Both the position numbers and the translations under genes were made by a program. Source: Chrysemys picta bellii (Eukaryota). Taken from it: a stretch of DNA of 64,000 nt. The notes under the pieces are model-generated. The model had not been told where the DNA came from, ran no database searches, and saw only the letters and a list, made by a program, of their open reading frames with translations. Location of the stretch: assembly GCF_011386835.1 (NCBI RefSeq), contig NC_088802.1:8680001-8744000 (forward strand), written 5' to 3'. Below, piece by piece: positions 33,995 through 45,900 of the stretch (position 1 is the stretch's first letter; each line of letters begins with the position of its first letter).

Positions 33995-36900
33995 TCACTC
34001 GCGGGGCCGGTTGATGATGACCTCGCCCAGAGCCTCCAGCACCTCGCGCTTGTAGTCATCGAAGTCGCCGTCAATCTGCTCGACGCTCTGGTCCTCCACC
34101 ACCCACAGCTGGCAATTGGTCTCCGTGATCAGCCGGGCGTCGTGGCTCACAATGATGACGGCTGCAAGGGGAAGGGGGGGGTTAGGGGAGCAGGGGGATC
34201 CCCCATTCCAAGAGGTGGGAGATACCATCCCACAGACAGGGGAGATGGGGCATATGTTTGAGGGTATCGCCCAGGAAAATGCATGCTGGGTAGTTTGTGC
34301 AGGCCCTTTTGTGGGGTGGTGTCACTCGGTGAGGGCCATTATAGGAAGTGGTTTTTATCCCTAAATAACCAACCTCCTCCCCTCGGAACAGACCAATAGG
34401 GCCCATCCAACCTCGTATTCCCTCCCTTCCCCACGGAGCAGACCAATGGACCCATCCTGCCCGGAATTCCCAACCCAGTCCCAGCCACGGACCAGACCAA
34501 CAGATTCTTCTGGCCCAGAATTCCCTCTTCCCCACCCTTGGACCAGACCAATGGGCCGTTCCAGCCTGGAATTCCCTCCCCACTAGGCCAATGGGCCCAT
34601 CCAGCCCAAGCGCCCGCTGGCATCACTCACCCCCTTTGTACTCATTGATGGCATCAGCCAGGGCATCGATGGACTCGATATCCAGGTTATTGGTAGGTTC
34701 GTCCTGGGGAAGAGACAATGGGCTGAGATGGCGAAGGAGCAGATCCCAGAGAGAACCCAGGAGTCCGGACTCCCAGCACCTCCCTGTTCTAACCCAGTGG
34801 ACCCCACTCCCCTCCCAGAGTCGGGGATAGAACCCAGGAGTCCTGGCTCCCAGCCCCCGATTCTAACCTATGGGGCCTGGTGCTCTCCAGGGCCCTGTCC
34901 CACCCCTTGCCCCAGAGACACTCACCAGAATGAGGACGTCGGGCTCCCTGCAGGCCAGCTCGGCAAACACCACACGAGCCTTCTGGCCTCCTGGGGGGAA
35001 GGGAAAGAGTGGGGCAGGGTGAGGGATGAGACAGGGGAGCCCTCTCCCCACTTGTCTGCATCATCCCTCACCTTGGACAGCCAAGCCCTTCCCACCTCCA
35101 ACCTAAGCTGCTGGGTGCCCTCCCCCATCCCGTGCCCCCCACCTCTCCTGATTGCCCAGAACCTGGCCCTCTCCCCTCCCCCAACATAAGCCCCGGCCTC
35201 AACCCCCACCTCCCCTGGGTGCCCCCTCACTTCTCCAGACCCTGCTGCTTACTCTGTATACTCAACCCCAAGCCTTCCCTAGACCCCCCCCCCAAGGTCC
35301 CCCCAGCCCTGCCCCCTCCCCGAGGCCCCGCCCCCAGTACCGGAGAGCTTGCAGATCTGGATGGTGTGGGCGTGGCTCTCGAGGCCAAAGCGCCCCAGGC
35401 ACTTGCGGGCGTCCTGGTAGGGCAGGTTGAAGTTGCGCTGCAGGTACTCGGTCGCCGTCTCCTGCATGTTCAGCTGGTCGGCGTATTGCTGGTTAAAGAA
35501 GCCGATTTTCTACGGGGAGAGAGAAAGGGGCAGAGTCACCACCCAAAGCACCGCCCCCTTGCTGCTGGTTCCCACTCCCTGTCGCACCCCGGCTCTGCTG
35601 GTACTCCTCAATTGCATCCTGCAGCCCCCTGCTATCCCAGCCCTGGGCTCCCCCCACCCAGCTCTGCCAGTGCCCCCAATGCGCAGCCCCCTGCTATCCC
35701 AGCCCTGGGCTCCAATCCCAACCTGCAGCTCCCTGCTATCCCAGCCCTGGGCACCCCCCAACTCTGCCAGTGCCCCCAATCCTATTGTGCAGCCCCCCTG
35801 CTATCCCAGCCCTGGGCACCCCCCAGCTCTGCCAGTGCCCCCAATCCTATTGTGCAGCCCCCCTGCTATCCCAGCCCTGGGCTGTCCCCCAGCTCTGCTA
35901 GTGCCCCCCAATCCTATTGTGCAGCCCCCCTGCTATCCCAGCCCTGGGCTGTCCCCCAGCTCTGCTAGTGCCCCCCAATCCTGACTCGCAGTCCTCTGCA
36001 ATCCCAGTCATGGGCTTCCCTACCCACACAAACCTCAGCATTTGGGTCCCGTCATTACTTACTAGTCTGTGGTTTTTCCTCATCTCCCCTCTTGTCTGAA
36101 AGGAGAAGAGAAAGGGGTTAATGGATACTACTTTCCTCTGCCCTCTAGTGTGTTAACAGCAGACAGCGAGCCCTCGCCCAGCACTGAAATGCAGCCACCT
36201 CTGGGGTGGGGCAGCTGGGGAAAAGCTGCACAGCAGTTTAGGACAGGAGGGAAGGGGAATCCTGTCCCCAATTGAAGACACACAGAGGCAGAACAGAATT
36301 GGACGAGTTTGGCTTGAGTCTGGATTCGGGGGGTTTCGGGAAGGGCCCCTTACCGGTGTGAGCTTCCCCGTCAGCAACAGCAGCAGTGTGCTCTTCCCTA
36401 CGCCGTTCGGCCCCACGATGCAGACTGAGAGGCGGAGAGAGAGCAGCCATCAGTGACTCAACCAGACCAGGAGGGCGGTGGGCTAGCACGGGGGCTCTGC
36501 TGGGACTGATTCATTAGCATTGGACTCCCCACTACCTACCCCACGACTGCGAGTGGGAGCTTGTTATTGTAGGGTCTCTCGAGGGAGCTATGAGGGCCGC
36601 TTCGTTAACGTCAGATCTCTCGGGATGCTACAGGGTCTGCACGGGCTGGTTTGTTATTTTAAGGTCTCTCAGAGGTGCTGGGGGGTTGTGCAGACTGACT
36701 ATTACTGTAGGGTCTTTCCTGGGGCTGAACAGTCCAATTCATTGTCGTAGGGGTGTTGGGGCTGTGTGCAGGTTTGTTATTGTGGGGTCTCTCAGGAGCA
36801 CTGTGGCTGCACCAACTAGTTCATCATCATCGAGTTGCTGGGTGAGGTTATTATAGGGTCTTGCCCACAGGTGCAGCCTGTACACCCTGGTTTGTAGCGT

Positions 36901-39900
36901 CGCTGGGGCTGCAGGCAAAGGGAGTTTTGGGGCTGTGCGCAGGTCAGTTTGTTATTGTAGGGTCTCTCAAACACCGGCCGGTCACTTACTTCTAGACTCC
37001 ATGTCTATCCCAAAATCCAGACTCTTGAACAGCAGCTGCTGTCCCTCGTAGCCAAACACGACACCTGCAGAGAAGGGGCAGGGAGGAGGGTGAGGGCACG
37101 CAACTGCTGGACAGCGCTCCAGGGGGACCTGCCCATAATGCACCACTCAGCTCTGGGGCCCCTGGGAAACCGGGGTCGGAAAGAAAACTCCTCAGCATCC
37201 TGTATCCCCAGAGGATGAAAAGGAAGCGCTCACCTGGTGCTGAAATGCAGCCACCTCTGGGGTGGGGTGGCTGGAGAACAGGCGCACCGCAATGTCACCC
37301 AACAGTTTGGGGCAGGAAGTGAAGGGGAATCCGGTGTTCAATTGTGGCCACAGGGAGGCAGAATGGACGTGGGTTGTGGGGAGGGGATTTGGCCAGGACA
37401 GCAGGGTTCACGCCCCAGGGGAGTTCTAATAATGCCACAGCGCCCCCTAGCGTCATGCTGGGGCATTGTGGTCAGCCCTGTGACGGGAGAGCACCCCTGC
37501 AAAGGCCACCCCCGACGCTGTGTGGGGACATACCGTGCAGGCCCAGAATCGGGGGGCTGAGTGACGGCGGGTTGGGGAAGGTGAATTTCACCGTGTATTC
37601 CCTGGGCCTCTTCAGCAGCTCGGGGGCCTCGTTAGCTTCTTCATCCAGGTTCTTCTTGCGGCATTTCTGCTGCTTTCGTGTCAGGGCCTCCTTGGTTTGC
37701 TTCTCCTGGAGACGAACAGAGCAACAGACCAATGAACCCATCCAGCCCAGTATCCCGCCTCCCTCCCTGTCCAGCTCATCAGATCAGGAGGCCCATCTAG
37801 CTTGGTACCCCCTAGCTCCAGACTCCAAGGAAGTACAATCCACCACACTGTACCTCAAAGGGCAGTTCAGCCCCATGGCAAGGAAGGGCTAATTTTCATG
37901 TGATACCCAGCTGGGGCTCAGCTGCCACCCCTCAGTGTGAGGAATGAGCGTTAACCGCATTGTTGTTGGGAGATTCTTAATTCAGTAAAATCCTGCAGCA
38001 GTGAGTTCCCTGGGTCAACATGATGGGGCTAAATTCAAAGTAGGAAAGCTGGATTGAAGCCAGTGGCCTCCTAGAGGGGAAAGGCCTATTCCCCAACCTG
38101 CAAACCAGCCAGTCCCCACTGCCCTGGGGCTGGATCTCAGGACTGACCGCCTGTTTCGTCGACTTCCCGCCAGCCTTGAGGTCTTTCAGTTTCTTCTCCT
38201 GTTTCTCGTACTGCTTGAGCAGCTCTTTCTGCTTCTGCTGGTACATCTTCTTGAAGGTCACTGCAGCAGAGAGGGGGTGAGGGGTTGTAGTTAGGGCGCT
38301 GCTCTGGAACCGGGGGAGAGGGGGGAGATCCGGGTTTGACTTCCCACTCGGCCACCAAAGCTCTCTGTGCAGAGACAGGGAAATGCCACTTCCCCTCCCT
38401 GCCCCGCTTCCTGCCTGGGGGATTGAACTTGGGACCCTCTGGATGTAAACAAAGTGATCTCAACTCCTAGAACTAGAGGATGAGGCCTGTGGAGGAAGCT
38501 CACCATTCAGGCTAGTCAAAAATTTCCCTCTTTTTTGGGGTGAAAACGGGGTTTTCAGCCAATAGAAAACTTGGGGTTCTCACATGCCCCTTCGGCACCT
38601 CATGGGATTTGTAGTTCAGACACCTCATGCTCTCATTCTCTGCTCTGGGCTGAGCTCCCTGGCTGGACTACATCTCCCATGAAGTACTATGACACAGGGC
38701 TCTCGTGATGCAATTTGGCAGCTCAGTGGGAGGGATGCATCATAGGAAACAGTTTGGCCAAGGAGCCCAGTCCATAGGGATGAATGGGGGTATGGGGCAA
38801 CTGAACTACAACTCCCATGATGCACCATCAACCCACAAAACCTACCCCTGGAAGGAGACCTAGGGGCAAATCAGCCTCCAGATGGGTTCAGATCTCTGGG
38901 TGACCCAACCCCCCCCTTAATCCCCACCCTGGGCAGATCAGTCCCCGCAATTGCCCCAGTCCCCATTCATATAGTTCCTCTTCCTCTCCCTCACTGTAGT
39001 TGCCCCAGCTGCTCCCCCAACTCACTGTAGTTGCCCCGGTAGTAGAAGAGTTTTTGCATGTCCAGGTGGATGATGTCAGTGCAGACGTCATCCAGGAAGC
39101 CTTGGTCGTGGGAGACGATGAGGAGAGTTTTCTTCCATGTCTGCAGGTAGCTGGGGAGGTGAATGGGGGACAGACAGAGGAGAATCAGACAGACGGATGG
39201 ACCCTGATCCGCGGCTAGGAGGGACACCCCTGCCAAGGGGGAGGGGACAGAGCTAGAACACCCAACGTACACCCCACAGTGGGATGTTGGGCAGCCTGAC
39301 TTAGCCCAGCAGTGGGGGGAAATCTACAAATGGGGGCTCTCTCCTCTGACACCCCCCCCCAAACATTGGGCCCCATGCACCCTCCCTGTCGCCCCACCAG
39401 GGGGGAATCCCAGCCAGTCCAAATCCTGGCCCTCTGCTGAGACCCCTGCCCCATAGGGGAACCCCCCAGAGCCCAAACCCTGCTCCTTATTCAAACCCCA
39501 GCCCTGACCCCCAGAATCCAAACACCACCCCCCACAGTCCAAATCCTGCTCTGTCCCCAATAAGGGAATTTCCTGCCATCCCCCAATCCTGATCATTCCC
39601 TGCCACAATAGGAAACCCCTCCCCCAACACAGCTTATAACCCACCCGACTCCTGCCCCCTATCCCGCCCCCCCATCTACCTCTGACAGCCAGTGAGACCC
39701 CTCGCCCCACCACAAGGGGCTGAGCAGAATTCCCCCACCCAGAGTCCCAGTTGTGTGAGATTCCTGGGGTCCACCCCCGTTCAGTCGCTGCTCACTGAAT
39801 GGGCTCCCCCCCGAGTGGTGGCAGCTGCTGATCTGAGCCATGGGGCCCCAGCACCGAGGGGAAGGGTTTCTCCAGGGCTGGGCACTCACTTGTTGAGCCA

Positions 39901-42900
39901 GATGACGGCGTTGAGATCCAGGTGGTTGGTGGGTTCGTCCAGCATCAGCAACGTCGGCTCCATGAACAAGGCCCTGAAGGAGATGGGGTGGGTGAATGGT
40001 GCCCCCTAGTGGCTCCTTGCAGGACTGCCCCAGGGCGAGGAGACTGGCCAGATTAGGGGGAGCAGGGAACGGGACACAGGGCCTTTCCCCTCTAGGGGGC
40101 CCCGGTTCCAGATTGGATCATTCCCATCTGGGTGTAAAGAGCTATCAGGTCTCAGGCCAGCCACCAGCAGCCCCAGTGTGTGCGTGTGGGTGATGTGTGA
40201 CACCCCCCCTCCGCCAATCGATCTACTGCATGGACTCACCCAGGTCAGCACATGTGGGATCCCAGACCCATTATGCTGCCCCCACCCCCGCCAGCCTCAC
40301 CTGGCCAGAGACACTCTCATGCGCCAGCCGCCCGAGAACTTCTTGGTCTGCCGGTTCTGCATCTCAGGGTTGAAGCCCAGACCAGCCAGGATGCGCCGGG
40401 CTTTGGCCTCCGCTGCGGCCGCCCCCGTGGCCCGGAGCTCCTCATACACCTGCGGAGAGGGAGACGGGCGGATTCACCGGGAAGCCTTCGCTTCCTCCTG
40501 ACGCTAGAGCCTCCTCCTCTACATCCCATGGCCCCCTCCATTTCCCCCCTCCCCAGACCCCTCAACTGCCCCCATGCTTTACCCCCCTGCCCACTCTCTG
40601 CTTCCCCACACTACTACAAACCTCCTTCATCCCCCTGCACGCCTGCCCCCTCTTAGCCCCCCGCCCCCCCAGCTATCTCCTTTCCCCCACTGCCCAGTAC
40701 CTTTTCCAACTGCTCAGCCACGCTGTCGTCCCCTTTCTCCAACAGAGCTTGCAGCCGCTTCTCCTCCTCCAGCAGCTTCAGCCGCTTGGTGTCGGCCTTG
40801 AGCACCGCCTGGACTGCGGGGGTCTCATCCGCTATCACCTCTGGGGGTGGGGAGGTAGAGGCGGAAGAGGACTCAGTGAGTGCAAGGTTCCCTGCTCTAA
40901 CCACTAGCCCCCACTCCCTCCTCCCAGAGGCAGGGAGAGAATCCTCGAGTCCTGGCTCCCAGCCTCCCCTGCTCTAACTAGGCCCCACTCCTCTCCCAGA
41001 ACCGGGGAAAGAACCCAGGAGTCCTAGCTCCCCACAGCCCCTGCTTACCTTGCTCACACAGCAGCACGTCAATGTTAGGGGGGATGCTCAGGGCCCGGTT
41101 TGCGATGTGCTTCAGCAAGGTGGTTTTGCCCTTCCTACAAAGGGGGAGGGAAAGAAAGGGTGAAGCCGGGAGGGAAGAAGCAAAGGGGAGGCTGCAGCAC
41201 AGCGCCCCCTAGCGTCACACGGGGGTAGCCCTAACTGCGAGGGAAGAGCGTCCCCGGGAGGGATCCACCCATGTACCTACCCGTTGGGTCCCACCAGGCC
41301 GTACCGGCGCCCGGCCACAATGTACAGGTCCGCATTGACGAAGAGCTCCTTGCCGTGAGCGGAGATGCTGAATTTCTCCAGCTGCAACCGCATAGGAGAG
41401 AGATCAGGACAAGATAGTACGACCCTCCCCCTGCCAGATGTGTCAAATCGTATGACCTATCATTGGGGGAGTCATCCCCCCAGAGGACCCCTGCCATCTC
41501 ATGGTATGACCCTCACTCCACCTAATGGTCCCCATGACCACCTCTTGGTACAACCCATTTCCTCTCCCATTGTGCAACGCCCCCTTCAGATGGCATAACC
41601 CACTCCCTGCAATCCCAGATAATCTGACCCACTCCCTCTCCCATATAACTGTGCCACTCACTCTATATCCTTGCCAGATGGTATAATCCACTCTATGCCC
41701 TCCACTGCCACCACCAATGGCCCCGCCACCTCATGGTACAACCTACCCCCCCCCCGTCCACTCCTCACACCCCCATCAGGTGGTGTGATCCACTCCCATC
41801 CCCCTCTTACCACATGGATCAACTCAATCTCCCACCCAACCCCTGCAGCATGGCACAACCCAGACCCACCAATGGAGGGAAGGGAGGGGCTTAACCCCTT
41901 CCATACTGTTGCTGGTCCTCCTTGTAGTGGGAAATACCAACTCCATCAACATGGGAGGGGAGAGGGGGAGAAGGAGAGGGAAAAGAAGGGGGTGGAATTA
42001 TGGGACATTAACCCCTTCCACGTGGCTGCTGAAGGGAAGAAATGGGAAGGGATCACAGCGGGAAACGCCAACTGCTGACCGTGTGTGCGTGTGCGTATGC
42101 ATTCAAATAAACTCGGGGGTGGGGGAGGTACCTTGATGTCGGAGGCATTCTCCAGCATGGCCTGGCGTGAGGACATCTCCGCCTGAGACACCGAGAAGTC
42201 GTTCTCTGCCGCGTTGGCCGCCTTCAGCGTTGCCACCTGCCGCTCGAACTCCAGCTGCGGGAGAGCCTGAGGTGATGCCCCGGCCAAGGGACCCTCTCTT
42301 CCCCTCCCCTCCAGCCAAGGGACCGTCCCCGCCAGTACCCAGCCTGCCTGGGTACCATCACGCCCAGCTAGGTGGGTGCCCCAGTGGGGAGCCTATCGGG
42401 CCAGGACTCGCTCTGGGGGTGGGGGACTCCCACAAAATGGATCCACATTAGTTAACAGCCTCTCCTCCCCCCGCAAGCAATTCCTATGATGCTTCAGTAC
42501 CAACCGGATGGCTGCAAAGGATTCCGGGAACACTGGCATGTGAACAAGAAGTGTGCCTATAGACAGCTGGGAGCCACCCCACTGGAAGGGGGTGATCACC
42601 ACACACAAGGGGTTGGAGGAGCCTGTTTGGCAGAAGCTCCGCCCCCTCCAGGAAGGTTCCTCCCACCCAGAGCTCACCTGCTTCTTGAGCTTCTTTCTCT
42701 CTTTCTTGCTGAGATGAGCATAGGGGTCATCGTCCTTCTTCTCCCCCTCATCGTCCTCATCCTCCTCCGACTGCTGTACCAACCACAGGAGGCTTGTTAC
42801 CAATAACACCTTCCGCCCAGAGCCAGGGATAGAACCCAAAAGTCCGGGTGCCCAGCATCCCACCCAACCACTAGACCCCACTCCCCTCCTCGAGCCAGGG

Positions 42901-45900
42901 ATAGAACCCAGGAGTCCTGGGTCCCAGTTCCACAGCCTCATCCCCTTCTGATATGCCTCAGCCCTACTTCTGCAGCGATCCCCTTCCAGGGGGCAGAGGG
43001 GAGGTCGGCTCCATGGCCGTTCACCCTGGGCCTCTCTGCTGAGGTTGCCCGTGCGGGACTGGGGGCCAGCTGGATGCTGGGAGATGAGCTGAGAACCCAC
43101 CAAGTTGTCTCACACCTGGGCCAGCCCAATTAATGCGGTTTGGTTTGACCAGCGCAAACCCACCCCCGCCGCCGAGAGGATTGTCTTACGGGCTCGCTGC
43201 CTCGCTTGGGCTTCTCCTTGCTCTTCTCTGGCTCCTCTTCATCTTCCTCCAACTCCTCCTCCTCGGACTCCAGAGCAGCAAATTTATTCTGCAGCAGAAC
43301 AGAAGCCAGCTCATCCAACCACACTGAGCAGGGACTGCTCTCCCAGCGCCAAAATGCAGCCAGCTCTGGGGTGGGGCAGCTGGGTACTGGCCACAGCGAT
43401 ATTGCACAGAGACTCTTTGTGCAGCATAGCGCCCCCCTAGTGCCGCATTGGGGCCAGCACTGACTATGAGGGGAGAATGCTCCCTACTGAGCCCGCCACC
43501 TGGTCCCTGCAGTACAGCGCCCCCTAGTGTCCACCAGTAGCAGGGAGCCCCCCATGAACACTCACTTGGGCTGGTTGATTCTTTTTTCCTTTTGTTTTTT
43601 TCCCAGCTTCACCGGATTCCGTCTGTTTATTCACAGTCTGGAAGGAGGATTGTGAAGGAGTTCAGGACACTCAGCTAACCAGTATCCCGCCCCCCTTCCT
43701 CCCCAGGACCCCAGATTACCCCAATAGACCCATCCAGCCCGGTATCACACCTCTCTGCCTGGATCAGACGAAAGGGCCCATCTAGCCTGGTATGCTGGCC
43801 TCCCTTTGCACTGCGCCACATCAGACCGATGGGGTCAATTCCGGAGTAATCATTGGAAGCCAACCCCCATAATGCTAGTTGGGCCATTCTGCCTGATGGG
43901 GATAGAACCCAGGAGTCCTGATTCCCAGACCCTCCTGCTCTAACCACTAGACCCCACTCCCCTCCCAGAGCGGGGGCTAAAACCCAGGAGTCCTGATTTC
44001 CAGTCCCCCCGACTCCAAGCCCCTCCTACTCTAACCACTAGACACTCCTCTCTCCCAGCGCTGGGGATAGAACCCAGGAGTCCTGGCTCCCAGCCCCACG
44101 TGCTCTAACCCACTAGATGCCACACGCCCAGTACTCCTCTTGCCCACCTTGCTTGCTTTGCCTTTGGGTTCCTCTTCACTCTCCTCCTCTTCCTCGCTCT
44201 GGGCCAGAACAGCAAAGCCTGATCCTCCTCCCTGGGAGCCGTGGGAGAAACAAGAGCATTTAGAGACAGCAGGGTTGGATGAAGTCAACCTCAGTTCCTA
44301 ACACCAGATACATGTTGTGCAGCACAACGCCCCCTAGTGCAGCGCTGGGGCATTGGGCCAGCACTGGCTGCGAGGGGGGAGTGCCCCCTACGGAACCCCC
44401 ATCCTGCTCCCTGCAGCACAGCGCCCCCTAGTGCAGCCTTGGGGAACTGGTTTCCACTCGCCAATCCTGCTGAATCTTGTAAATGCCAGCTTCGCACCTG
44501 CTGCCTCCCTTTGTTCTTCTCGTTTTTCCTGCTCTTCCTCTTTTTATCGTCCTCTTCTTCCTGCTGAGAGCACAGAGCAAATCCTGGCCCGGTGAGACGC
44601 GGCGTCTCTGAGTGTATCTGACCCAGCCCAGCATCCCCGTCCCACTGCCCCGATTAGACCCCTGGCCAGCGGAGCCAAAACTCATAATGCAGCTGGTTGG
44701 CTAAGCTATTCGGCCACATGGGACTCCCAGCCTCCCCCGCTTTAACCCACTGGACCCCAATTCCCTCCAAGAGCTGGAGATAGAACCCAGGAGTCCTGGC
44801 TCCCAGCCCCCCTCCCCCCCGGCCCTGCTCTCCTCTCAGAGCTCGGAATAGAACCCAGGCATCCTGGCTCCCATCCCCCACTGCTCCCCACTTCCCTCCC
44901 AGAGCTGGGCTAGAACCCAGGAGTCTTGACTCCAATCCATGCCAGACCTAGCCATGACCGTCCCGGTTAAGACCAGTGGGAACTACGCAACATGGGGGCA
45001 ATGGGAGACTGACCTGTTTTCCCTTTGGCTTGTCGTCCTTTGTCAACTTCTTCCCTGGCTGCTTCTCCTCTTTGTCATCAGGTGGGGCCTGCAGGAGGCA
45101 ACATGTCAGCCCCACAACTTGGCACTGGAAGAGTTACCCCACCCCCAGGGGAGGAGCGACCCCCACAGTCTAATCCCCTGGGCTCTGGCCAAGCCTGGTA
45201 CGGAACATCTCCAGCACCGGGGGTTCCCGGACCGTCCCTTGGGGGGGAGGGGATGATCTCCCAGGCTGTTGGGAGGGGCTATTCCCTCATTTCCTTGTCC
45301 TCCAATAGATCTGGGAATCCAGGAGTTCTGCCTTCCAGCCTCCCTATTCTAACCACTAGCCCCCGCCCCCCGCCACCCCCCGGAGCTAGGGATAGATAGA
45401 ACCCACAAGTCCTGATTCCCAGCCCTCCCTGCTCTAACCACTAGGCCCCACTCCCCTCAGAGCTGGGGATAGAACCCAGGAGTCCTGACACCCTCCCCCC
45501 CCCCCCCCCCACCACACACACACACACACTGCTCTAACCCACTAGAAGATGTCCCCACTCCCGCTCTGTGCTAGATTTCGTCCAAGCGACCTAACCTTGT
45601 TGATCTTGTTCTTGTTGGGTTTGGCAGGTCTTGGCGTCTCTTCTTCTTCCTCCTCCTCCTCTTCTTCCTCACTCTGTTCCTGGCTCAGGGCGGCAAACAC
45701 ATTCCCTCCCTAGGGGAGGGTAAAGCCAAGGTCGTTAGCAAAGAGTGGACATCTCCTCTCTCCCCATCACCAGCCCCGCCCCAGAAACCCAGGGCAGGAT
45801 CACCCCCCTACAACCTATTCCTCAAGTAGATGCCCCATCAGGTCCCATCTCAACCAGGGCAGCAGTTCCCCAGGGGCTGTCCCCTACAGCCCGTTCCCCA

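Noticed and set aside
35132-35984. 278-aa and 185-aa plus-strand ORFs
   Set aside because: They run antisense across ABCF1 exon 25 and through a stop-free minisatellite.
40450-40700. miR-877-like mirtron in an ABCF1 intron
   Set aside because: No ABCF1 intron here is mirtron-sized (the shortest is about 146 nt) or starts with the recalled GTAGAGGAGATGGC.
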